A stretch of 64,000 nt of DNA, taken from positions 224,130,001 through 224,194,000 of the forward strand of contig OZ024742.1 of the NCBI GenBank assembly GCA_964016885.1. Direction: 5' to 3'. The notes beneath the pieces were generated by a model that saw only the letters and a list, made by a program, of their open reading frames with translations, was not told the DNA's origin and searched no databases. Positions within the stretch are counted from its first letter, which is position 1. Every line of letters starts with the position of its first letter. The stretch comes from Eledone cirrhosa. Lineage: Eukaryota. This document shows, piece by piece, positions 53,110 through 64,000 of this stretch. The position numbers and the translations under genes were made by a program.

Positions 53110-53371
53110 GTGTATGTATATATGTGTATGTATATATGTATGCATGTATGTATATATGTGTGTGTGTGTGTATACAATTGCTTGCGGCAGGAGTTGCTAA
53201 TAAGAAGGCCTTGTTGTTTAACCTCCATTTCCACACATCCTCACCTGACCAGGGCCATTGCAAAAACGTACTTCTGCTTAACAAATTTAGGACACTCTTC
53301 CTCATTAAGTTTACTATCATCAGTGATGTACTTATTCTCCTTTTGTCTTTATACACACTCACTCACTCACT

Positions 53372-53402
<31 letters not shown>

Positions 53403-53568
53403 ATATATATATATAGAGGTATTTTGATGTTTTTTGTTCGACAGTATTTTGGTGGAGAGGTTGGGCGTGTGGAGGCATCTTTAGTTACGAATCTTTCTCC
53501 ATTATTTTCATGCCTAGAATCTTGAGCTAAAGGCAAATCACCAATTTATTATTACACACGCACCCCTA

Positions 53569-53738
<170 letters not shown>

Positions 53739-53934
53739 TAGGGGTGATATATATAGGTAGGGGTGCGTGTGTGTATATATATATATATATGTGTGTGTAC
53801 ATAGGAATATATATGTACATACATATATATTCCCAGCAGCATTGAGCCTAACAACAGAGATTTGGTTTCTTATGTTTTGTTTTTATACTCAATGTTTAAT
53901 ACTTTTATTCTTAATGTTCCTTGTCGGTTATTGT

Positions 53935-54078
53935 GGTAGCAAATAAAGAAACGATTATTAATGCCTTGCGGTGTTTGTTACAGATCTTTATGTCTTGAGT
54001 TCAAATCCCTGGTAAGTCATCTTTGCTTTTATCCTTCCGGGTTCGATAAAATAAAGTATCTGGTAAGCAATGGGGTCT
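53935..54078 (+). mobile_element. Old degenerate SINE S1-related copy
   Basis: GAGTTCAAATCC...TATCCTTCCGGGTTCGATAAAATAAAGTA. Confidence 0.55.
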
Positions 54079-54483
54079 ATTCATCTATATCTCTTCTTCT
54101 CTTTGTCTTTCAGTCCCTCTCTCCTTCCCTCTACATTCCCCCGCTCTCTCTTCCTCTCTCTGGCTTTATCTCCTGCTCTCTGTCTAGAAGAATTCGGTTC
54201 TGCTCAGATCTGGAAAGGGATGGGCTTCACCATATTTAAATACTTAAGATACGCCGTATATAATGACGGGGTTCCAACGACTTCACCAGAAACTAAAGAC
54301 CCATGGACGGATTGATGGATCTTTATTGAAATGCATATTCACGAATCTGTGTATGTCTGAATATATTCAAAGATAATTTTAACGTCCACTAATACTCAAT
54401 CAAATATATTAAATCCTTCTATGGGTGCACACACGCACACACGATCTCTCTCTCTCTCTCTCTCTCTCGCCCCCCACCCTCCC

Positions 54484-54531
<48 letters not shown>

Positions 54532-54656
54532 AGGATGCCAAAGTTTTTATAGGCTTCGGTTATTTCTTTTATTTTATTTTGTTCTTTAAACAGATAACGA
54601 AGTTATGCGGTAATGAACAAAAAGGATGAGGTGGATGAGGAGGCAAACATGAAAAT

Positions 54657-54683
54657 GTAGTAGTAGTAGTAGTAGTAGAAGAA

Positions 54684-54730
<47 letters not shown>

Positions 54731-54785
54731 AGAAGAAGAAGAAGAAGAAGAAGAAGAAGAAGAAGAAGAAGAAGAAGAAGAGAAG
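54657..54785. repeat. (TAG)n-(GAA)n trinucleotide microsatellite
   Basis: Direct inspection. Confidence 0.95.
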
Positions 54786-55080
54786 CTGAAGAGGGAAGTA
54801 GATTGGAGAGGAAATATAGAATTCTTCATGGCATTACGATTAATCCCTAATACTTTGCATTATGCCTTCTTTCTTTCTTTTTTCTTTCTTTCTCTCTCGC
54901 TCTCTCTGTCTCTCTCTCGCTCTCTCTGTCTCTCTCTCGCTCTCTCTTTCTTCCTGATTTTCTGACTCCGAACAAAGTGAACGACATACGGACATCCGAG
55001 TAACGTTACGTCAAATATTTAGATTACGTGAGGTAAACGCATACATTCGAAACACTAATACAAGCAGTGGTTTAACATAG

Positions 55081-55151
<71 letters not shown>

Positions 55152-55261
55152 ATATTATATATATATATATTATATATATTATATATATTATATATATATG
55201 TATACATACATATATATGTATGAGTGTGTGATCTATGTAGAATCACACACACACACGCACG

Positions 55262-55311
<50 letters not shown>

Positions 55312-55401
55312 CAACGTATACGCACACGTACACAAACACACACAAACAAATATATAGATGCATATATATGAATATAAAAATGCATACGCACACCCACACA
55401 A

Positions 55402-55435
<34 letters not shown>

Positions 55436-55438
55436 CTG

Positions 55439-55490
<52 letters not shown>

Positions 55491-55777
55491 ATTGTATATA
55501 TATATATATGTATGTGTATGTATATACAATTGTATATATATACAATACATAAATAAACAGAGGATCATAGGAATGTAGTTAAAGTAATGAATACGTGATG
55601 AAACCGGTTAGTTTGCATGTTGCGTTTATCTCATGATATACTGAGGGGGTTAGGCAAAATCAGTTTTCTCCTTTCGTATGATTTGATAATTAATAGCTTT
55701 ATCTTGTAGCAGTTTTGTTACTTATACAGTACTAATGAATTATTTTCTTGTACATATGTATGTATGTATATATGTAT

Positions 55778-56329
55778 GTCGGGTCGTTGGCGACTAAACT
55801 GGCAACCCCACCAAGGTTTCTTGGCGAGGAGGGTGACTTTGGACATCCTGCAGGACTAAAAACAAAACCTGTCAAAGGGCAAAGCAGCTCTTAAGAGTCA
55901 ATGGCCATCCAAAATCACCGGAAGAGATGACCCTTTAGCCTTTGTCAAGGCAGAATTCCAGGAGACGGAAAACTCTGATATAACACCTGCAACCCTGATG
56001 GTATCCAATGATGTTGACTTGTTCTTCTTTTTGGTAAACATCATCTTGGTTAAGAGAATGGGACTGGCTTTGTGCAGTGCCTTTGCTCACTATAAAAGCT
56101 TCACGGCACAGGCATTACTTTATATCTGGAGATCTCTCTGCACTTGTCGTCACATGGTACCATGGGCCCAGCACTATGTGTCAATAATTGTCACAAGAGT
56201 AGTGTTTCTACCATAGTTTTTTAGTCGCTGGCTGGACTAAAAAGTCACACTCGTTCAGCGCATCGGTAGGGGTTCTCCAACATGGATGTAAAGTAGTGGC
56301 CATACTCGAAAACGAGTTGGCAGCCACCA
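55778..56329 (+). mobile_element. Family R1 copy, slightly 5'-truncated
   Basis: Near-identical to 6140-6690. Confidence 0.85.
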
Positions 56330-56347
56330 TATTTGTATGTATGTATG

Positions 56348-56682
56348 TGAAGCTTTTATAGGGACCAGAGGCACTGCACAAAGCCAGTCCCACTCTCTTA
56401 ACCAAGATTATATTTACCAAAAAGAAGAACAAGTCAACATCATTGGATATCATCAGAGTTGCAGGCATTGCTTTATATCTGGAGATCTCTCTACACTTGT
56501 CGTCACATGGTACCATGGGCCCAGCACTATGTGTCAATAATTGTCACAGGTGTAGTGTTTGTACCAGAGTTTTCAAGTCGCTGGCTGGACTAAAAAGTCA
56601 CACTCGTTCAGCGCATCGGTAGGGGTTCTCCAACATGGATGTAAAGTAGTGGCCATACTCGAAAACGAGTTGGCAGCCACCA
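56348..56682 (+). mobile_element. Family R1 copy with 5' inversion
   Basis: 56348-56465 is inverted and 56462-56682 is forward, with CAGG shared at the junction. Confidence 0.8.
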
Positions 56683-56707
56683 TGTATGTATGTATGTAAG
56701 TATGTAT

Positions 56708-57166
56708 GTTCTGGTTTTATAATTTCCCAAATTTTTTTCCCAATAGAGAGAGAGTCGGTTTCTAACATAGACACAAGACTCTCACATTGGAAATGACACC
56801 ACATCAACTAGGTAGCTTATGTATGCATGCATGCATGTGTAGATATGGATGTTATTGTATGTCTGGATGTGTATGTTTTGAGTTGTATGTGTGCATGTGT
56901 ATATGCTTTGTATCTGTACCTGTGTACATGCAGTTATTAGATGCAAAATTTTTGGAATATTTTACATATTTTGACTGTTCCATTAATGGATTGTACTTGT
57001 AATTTCCTAACTAGTTGTGTTCTTTCTGTTCCTGTGAAGCCTAGCTTCTCAAGATTTGTATTGAGGCAGTTACTAACATACTCCAGTTCCCCAATAATCA
57101 CAGGCATAAATCTGAAGGTGTAATCAGGGTGGAGTATCTGCAGATTTATCATCAGTTCTGCATAAA
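56708..57166 (-). mobile_element. R4/Dong LINE 3' fragment within (TATG)n
   Basis: Reverse-complement match to ~17465-17923 (YAELMINLQILHPDYTFRFMPVIIG...KFCI*). Confidence 0.85.
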
Positions 57167-57246
57167 TGTATGTATGTATGTATGTATGTATGTATGTATG
57201 TATGTATGTATGTATGTATGTATGTATGTATGTATGTATGTATGTA

Positions 57247-57281
<35 letters not shown>

Positions 57282-57356
57282 ATGCATGTATGTATGCATG
57301 TATGTATGTGTGTATGTATGCATGCATGTATGCATTATTTATGTATGCATGTATGC

Positions 57357-57402
<46 letters not shown>

Positions 57403-57417
57403 GTATGTATGTTTGAA

Positions 57418-58027
57418 TGTCAGGTCACCTGCTGGTGCTACTGGTAACATGTATCCCAGTACAACCTGTCTCATGGTCGGGACGTTGGCGACTAAACTGG
57501 CAACCCCACCAAGGTTTCTTGGTGAGGAGGGTGACTTTGGACATCCTGCAGGACTAAAAACAAAACCTGTCAAAGGGCAAAGGAGCTCTTAAGAGTCAAT
57601 GGCCATCCAAAATCGCCGGGAGAGATGACCCCTTAGCATTTTTCAAGGCAGAATTCTAGGAGAAGGAAAACTCTGATATAACACCTGCAACCCTAATGGT
57701 ATCCAATGATGTTGACTTGTTTTTCTTTTTGGTAAATATCATCTTGGTTAAGAGAGTGGGACTGGCTTTGTGCAGTGCCTTTGCTCACTGTAAAAGCTTC
57801 ACGGCACAGACATTGCTTTATATCTGGAGATCTCTCTGCACTTGTTGTCACGTGGTACCATGGGCCCCGCACTATGTGTCAATAATTGTCACAAGTGTAG
57901 TGTTTGTACCAGAGTTTTCAAGTCTCTGGCTGGACTAAAAAGTCACACTCGTTCAGCGTATCAGTAGGGGTTCTCCTACATGGATATAAAGTAGTGGCCG
58001 TACTCGAAAACGAGTTGGCAGCCACCA
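57418..58027 (+). mobile_element. Family R1 full-length copy
   Basis: Near-identical to 6083-6690. Confidence 0.85.
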
Positions 58028-58068
58028 TGTATATATGTATGTTTGAATTTATGAATGTATGCATGTAT

Positions 58069-58480
58069 GTTCTTTTTCTCTTAATTTTGAGTACATTTTT
58101 GACCGGCCACCTTCCTAGTGGCGAGGTTATAAAAGAGAAGAAATTATCATTCCTTGAATCGCAAGAATATTTTGCAAATTTTGAAGGTGCCAGCTATCGC
58201 AGCCATTTGTAGTCTATGAATTAGGGAGCTGCGCTCTTTGTCCACAAATCCAAATTAGGTCATACTTTGGTTCAAGCAGGTTGGTATATAACCTGCAGCT
58301 CCAATAATGATGGGTATGAAGCTGAAGGTGTATCTTGGATACTGGACCATCAATGGTCCGTAGATGTCATTCTCTTGTATTTTCCTTACAACATGAAGTG
58401 GGCAGCTGATCTCTACAACAGAGTATGTTTTCAATGCGTGGTCCCAAAGAACAATATTAAGCCGGTTGTGCTTCAATTTA
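58069..58480 (-). mobile_element. Second R4/Dong-like family, 3' fragment within (TATG)n
   Basis: KHNRLNIVLWD..VVEISCP..IYGPLM..FIPIIIGAAG aligns by eye with the RLE region of the 16863 ORF. Confidence 0.75.
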
Positions 58481-58558
58481 TATGTATGTATTACGTATTA
58501 TACACACACGCACACACACACACATATATATACATATATATATATAAATTATACATAC

Positions 58559-58659
<101 letters not shown>

Positions 58660-58694
58660 ACACGTTGACAGTCATTCTCTCCTTCTGCTGGAAT

Positions 58695-58709
58695 CCGCTA
58701 GATGGCGCT
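58695..58709 (+). promoter_or_regulatory. CTCF-like motif
   Basis: CCGCTAGATGGCGCT matches the bilaterian CTCF core consensus; function untested. Confidence 0.35.
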
Positions 58710-59049
58710 AGCTGTCAGCTTCCAAAATGTCATAGCTGAATGACTTTCAAGATGTAAACATACCATATATATATCATTAGATATACAAACACATACGTAC
58801 ATAAGCACATACACATACGCACGCACGCGCACACACACACACGCATATATATATATATATATATCAATAATGCAAGACTAGATTTCATAACTTCTTGAAA
58901 TACGCAATAGCTATGATACGTATTTCTGCGGTGAAATGTCTACGTTATGATACTATGACACGTCGTCTTCAGAAGACACATTAAGTAATTCATATGTAAT
59001 CCACATGCAAAGCACTGCAAAGTATTAATCTGGAGACGCATTTGCATTT

Positions 59050-59150
<101 letters not shown>

Positions 59151-59404
59151 GGGTAAAGAGGGAGGGAGAGACAGAGTGAGATATTCTAATGCTGATTGTA
59201 AATAGATAGGTATATTAATGTGACCCCATTCATGCAGCAGAAACGTATTTATAATAATAATATATATATATATATTGACCTTGTGATAAAATAGAAACAA
59301 TTATATCTTATATATATCTTTGTTGACTAGGAGTCGAGTTCCGTCAAGCCACCGACTAATTCCTCCGGACTGTCAGAACCGTTAGCGCCTCCGTCAGAAT
59401 ACTT

Positions 59405-59976
59405 ACCGTATATACTCGTGTATGAGTAGAGAAATATGTGACAAGAATTTCGATGGCGTCTTATATTCAGGGGTCAATATTTGGCCGATTTTCACCAGTT
59501 TCGAATTCTACAGAAATGAAGTGGTAAAATATTTTCGCGTTGGAGCTGAATATTACACTAGTTTCATGTAAGAGGTGGAAATTACAACGGTTTCACTTCG
59601 GAGGTGAATATTGCACCGGTTTCACTTTGGAGAAGAAATTTGTATTGCTTTTGATATGTTTTGAAAGAATATGGTCTTCAAAACGGTCGAAAATTGGTAA
59701 AAAAAATCATTAAATATAAGGGTGGTGCCCCAGCATAGACTCAGCCGGATGGCTGGTACAGGTAAAAGAGTACATAATGGAGTTGTGAAACACAAACTAT
59801 ACTCTAAACGACATTTAAAAGATTTTAAATATCGAAATATTAAAACTTCATGAATATATTCTCTACTTATGAAAAATTCAAAATCGCTCAGTCTAAACAT
59901 AATGTGTGGATTAGTTGCCTTGGTTTGGGTGTTTGCCCATTCCTCAAACATAAAATAAAGGCTAGCTTATATTCGA
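59405..59976. mobile_element. Probable non-autonomous Tc1/mariner-pogo-type element with truncated right end
   Basis: Left end TA-CCGTATATACTCG.GTAT resembles pogo/Tc2-type TIRs. The inner part of a right TIR (CTTATATTCGA) abuts a P1 copy. Internal ~30-bp repeats at 59545-59640. Confidence 0.45.
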
Positions 59977-60048
59977 CAGCTAGATCAGAACTGATCTAGT
60001 TGTCGAAACGGCCGGAGTTCAGTCGTCGGGGTCCTAACTTTTTTCCTA
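59972..60048 (+). mobile_element. Family P1 short copy beginning at the stem II hairpin
   Basis: TTCGACAGCTAGATCAG-AA-CTGATCTAGTTGTCGAA-ACGGCCGGAGTTCAGTCGTCGGGG. Confidence 0.7.
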
Positions 60049-60581
60049 TATATATATATATATGTATGTGTGTGTATGCACATATACATGTCTATGCACA
60101 TATATGTGTCTATTTTGCCCAAGTGTGAACTTGCAAACCCACCCGTGTAATAATTTATTGAATGAAATCTTACCACCAATATGTTACATCCATATCAAAT
60201 ATATAAACTTATATTCTTCTCCTTCCACAACTATTGAGATTCTATCTCATAAATCATTTGTTTGTATATCTCTTTTATTTATTAGCAGAAACACTAACCA
60301 CCAGCGAGACATTTATATTTATTAGACATAGCCATATCATGTATGCTTCTATATACGCCTATATTATTTTATTTACTTTTGTCTACATTACATATTTGGT
60401 TGTAGATATCACCAGCATGATATCATTCCGATTAACAGCACTTGATTCTCTGTACGTCGTGTTAAAAGGAAACTAGCGTCATTTACAAGTCATCTTCACA
60501 GTCATCTTCAAGAAAACTGTCATCTTCACAGAAAACTGAATACACGCCAACATGCACAAGCAATCCACAAATGTATTATAG

Positions 60582-60720
<139 letters not shown>

Positions 60721-61043
60721 AGTATTCAAGTTTCCGTTGAAAATTGAAAAAATCATAGGAGTGAAGAGTGCTCTATGTAAGTTACAGAGGTAAATTTAAT
60801 GTATAATAAACAATACAATATAATTACCTCATTACCAGAGGTTTCCCGAATAAGACGAATACAAGAAACGTTTGCATTCGTTCGTCAGACGGTCGTTTCT
60901 TGTATTCGTCTTATTCGGGAAACCTCTGGTAATGAGGTAATTATATTGTATTGTTTATTATACATTAAATTTACCTCTGTAACTTACATAGAGCACTCTT
61001 CACTCCTATGACTTTTTCAATTTTCAACGGAAACTTCAATACT
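60721..61043. repeat. ~150-bp near-perfect inverted repeat with ~23-bp spacer, flanked by (TA)n
   Basis: Arms 60721-60870 and ~60895-61043. Confidence 0.9.
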
Positions 61044-61047
61044 TATA

Positions 61048-61087
<40 letters not shown>

Positions 61088-61092
<5 letters not shown>

Positions 61093-61187
61093 CGTCGTCA
61101 AGTATAACATTTGTAGAAATTTGTTTTTTTTTTACAAATCTCTACAAATTTCATACTTGACGACCCAATATATACATATACATACAT

Positions 61188-61241
<54 letters not shown>

Positions 61242-61270
61242 ACACACACACACCCACACACACACCCACC

Positions 61271-61321
<51 letters not shown>

Positions 61322-62014
61322 CGTCGTCAAGTATAACATTTGTAGAAATTTGTTTTTGTTCTAGAAATTTCTACAAATGTCATACTTGACGACCCAATAT
61401 ATACATATACATACATACATGGTGGCTGCCAACTCGTTTTCGAGTACGGCCACTACTTTATATCCATGTAGGAGAACCCCTATCGATGAGCTGAACAAGT
61501 GTGACTTTTTAGTTCAGCCAGCGACTTGAAAACTCTGGTACAAACACTACACTTGTGACAATTATTGACACATAGTGCTGGGCCCATGGTACCATGTGAT
61601 GACAAGTGCAGAGAGATCTCCAGATATAAAGCAATGCCTGTGCCGTGAAGCTTTTATAGTGAGCAAAGGCACTGCACAAAGCCAGTCCCACTCTCTTAAC
61701 CAAGATGATGTTTACCAAAAAGAAGAACAAGTCAACATCATTGGATACCATCAGGGTTGCAGGTGTTATATCAGAGTTTTCCGTCTCCTAGAATTCTGCC
61801 TTGACAAAGGCTAAGGGGTCATCTCTCCCGGTGATTTTGGATGGCCATTGACTCTTATGAGCTCCTTTGCCCTTTGACAGGTTTTGTTTTTAGTCCTGCA
61901 GGATGTCCAAAGTCACCCTCCTCACCAAGAAACCTTTTGTGGGGTTGCCAGTTTAGTCGCCAACGACCCGACCATGAGACACGTTGTACTGGGATACATG
62001 TTACATACACACAT

Positions 62015-62090
<76 letters not shown>

Positions 62091-62153
62091 CGTCAAGTAT
62101 ACAATTTGTAGAAATTTGTTTTTTTCTACAAATTTCATACTTGACGGCCCAAT
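61088..62153. repeat. Three copies of an ~80-bp hairpin mini-element
   Basis: GTCGTCAAGTAT..ATTTGTAGAAATT..CTACAAAT..ATACTTGACGAC at ~61088-61168, 61317-61398 and 62088-62153. Confidence 0.8.
61420..62004 (-). mobile_element. Family R1 copy
   Basis: Reverse complement of R1; the tail appears as (CATA)n at ~61404-61420. Confidence 0.85.
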
Positions 62154-62196
62154 ATATACATATACATACATACACACACGCACACGCACACACGCG

Positions 62197-62237
<41 letters not shown>

Positions 62238-62454
62238 GTGTGTGTATTACACTTTGTCACACCGTTTCTTTCTCCCACACCTAGCTCGTTATCTATCAAC
62301 TCCCTCACCCAGCACATACTCATTCAATTTCCGGCCCCTACACTCTATTTGACCACTGACCATAACATCCCACCCCATACCCATCCTCACCCCTAGCCCT
62401 CCCTGAGAACTCTGCCACCACAATCTCCTACTCATGGGGACACACACACACACA

Positions 62455-62549
<95 letters not shown>

Positions 62550-62685
62550 TTCCTGTGGTTACCACTCACCCACAATTCCTTTCTTTTCCACTCTACACTC
62601 GGCCACTATACACTCCGGACTTTCCAACCTGGATACGAAAACCCAACTCCGACCATACTAGATACGAAAACCCAGCCACACCATC

Positions 62686-62730
<45 letters not shown>

Positions 62731-62989
62731 GCATGCACCAACACATTCAACCACACAATACACACCAATAACCATATATCCCAGCCAAACACATGCAAAC
62801 ACACACGCGCGCATAAACATGCACAAATGTGTACACAGGGACACGTATACATGTGTGTGTTTGTGTGTATATGTGTACACACACTTCCACCCACAACACA
62901 CTTAATACCCACACACGCAACATAATATGCACCCCACATACACACAGCCACCAACTACACGTCTGCACTCCTTACCTCGACCACCAAAC

Positions 62990-63227
62990 CCACACGTCAG
63001 ACCACCCCACCCATCACTCTTACTCCCCCTTTCTTTTTTATTTTCTTTCTAATTTTCTTTTCTTTTTTATATTTTCTTTGCGCTTTTCCTTTTGTATTCT
63101 GTCTTTTTCTAAACAGTGTTTCTCCTGATGAAGGGCAAACGCCCGATACTCTGACTGTGTAACTCACTCTCTTTCTTTTAAGTGTGAAACTAATACAACT
63201 TTATGTTAATGCATCATCTTGTTTTCT

Positions 63228-63230
<3 letters not shown>
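62990..63230 (+). mobile_element. Penelope-type terminal repeat with degenerate hammerhead
   Basis: CTGATGA-AGGGC-AAAC-GCCC-GATAC (GAAAC mutated). Tail AAGTGTGAAACTAATAC is related to fragments at ~21210-21270, 48403-48460 and 50560-50640. Confidence 0.5.
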
Positions 63231-63314
<84 letters not shown>

Positions 63315-64000
63315 AAGAAAGTGATATAGTGAGAGAAAGGTCTGATACATTTATTATTGTCAGACAGAAGGAATGAAATGGTGGTTTAATTCAGTTGGAA
63401 GAATCAATGAAAAGTCTTTGAGAGTAATAATCCAATTGGAATGTCTGTCTTGAAGAAAGAAATTCTTTCTGAAAGGCTGTTAAAATATTCCACTAAGACA
63501 ATCTAAGTCAATGCTTTCATAATTTAATTTTAGCCGACTGACCAAATGACAAGATATTTGAACCCTCCCCCTACCATATGAAATAAACTGCCTATGATTT
63601 TCAAATAATTTTGAAAATAATAAAGAATTTGAAAGAATTTAGTAATATAACTAACTTTCTCGTTATTAATCCGCTGTTTAGAACATTACTTAACAAATGT
63701 TCTTGAATAAAATATTTATGGAAGCTTTTTAGATAAATATGAACAATTTAATAATTTTGTTACCATATTTCTAATGAAAGACACTGTCTATAATTTCCAC
63801 ATAATTTTTATATCACGAATTTGGAGGGATTTAGTAATATAACTAAATTTCTCAGCTGGTGTTTGGAACATAACCTAACAAAGGTAGTTACATAAAACTA
63901 TGAGGTTTTTATATAAATATAAGCACTTTAAAATAAACAAACGACGGTTTCAGACAGTCTGGTATAAAGAAAGTTGAAACGAATGAGGACGGTTTTAAAA

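Overview
AT-rich, microsatellite-dense eukaryotic DNA with no convincing host protein-coding gene. The SINE families and the (TA)/(CA)/(TATG) density suggest an octopus or other cephalopod (inference). The window is a nested mosaic of mobile-element remnants. (1) A ~16-kb satellite of 187 x 86-bp units (25272-41344) is built from the last ~28 codons of an RTE-X-type LINE ORF. It lies inside one TSD-bounded LINE insertion that splits a SINE, and it has 21-, 23- and 35-unit higher-order repeats. (2) Many Penelope-like/retrozyme-like pieces carry type I hammerhead ribozyme motifs. They include a 457-bp tandem-plus-inverted array, a U3-A8 core variant, and several fold-back elements whose symmetry axis lies in or next to hammerhead stem II. 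(3) There is a decayed Neptune-type Penelope RT/GIY-YIG ORF. (4) R4/Dong-type RLE LINE ends always sit in (CATA)n. (5) A ~600-bp non-autonomous RTE derivative occurs in 5-6 copies. (6) Also present are a Tx1 LINE relic, a near full-length DD37D (maT) transposon and many tRNA-derived SINEs. Nearly all ORFs in the supplied track are microsatellite or satellite artefacts. All calls were made by eye; no database searches were run.
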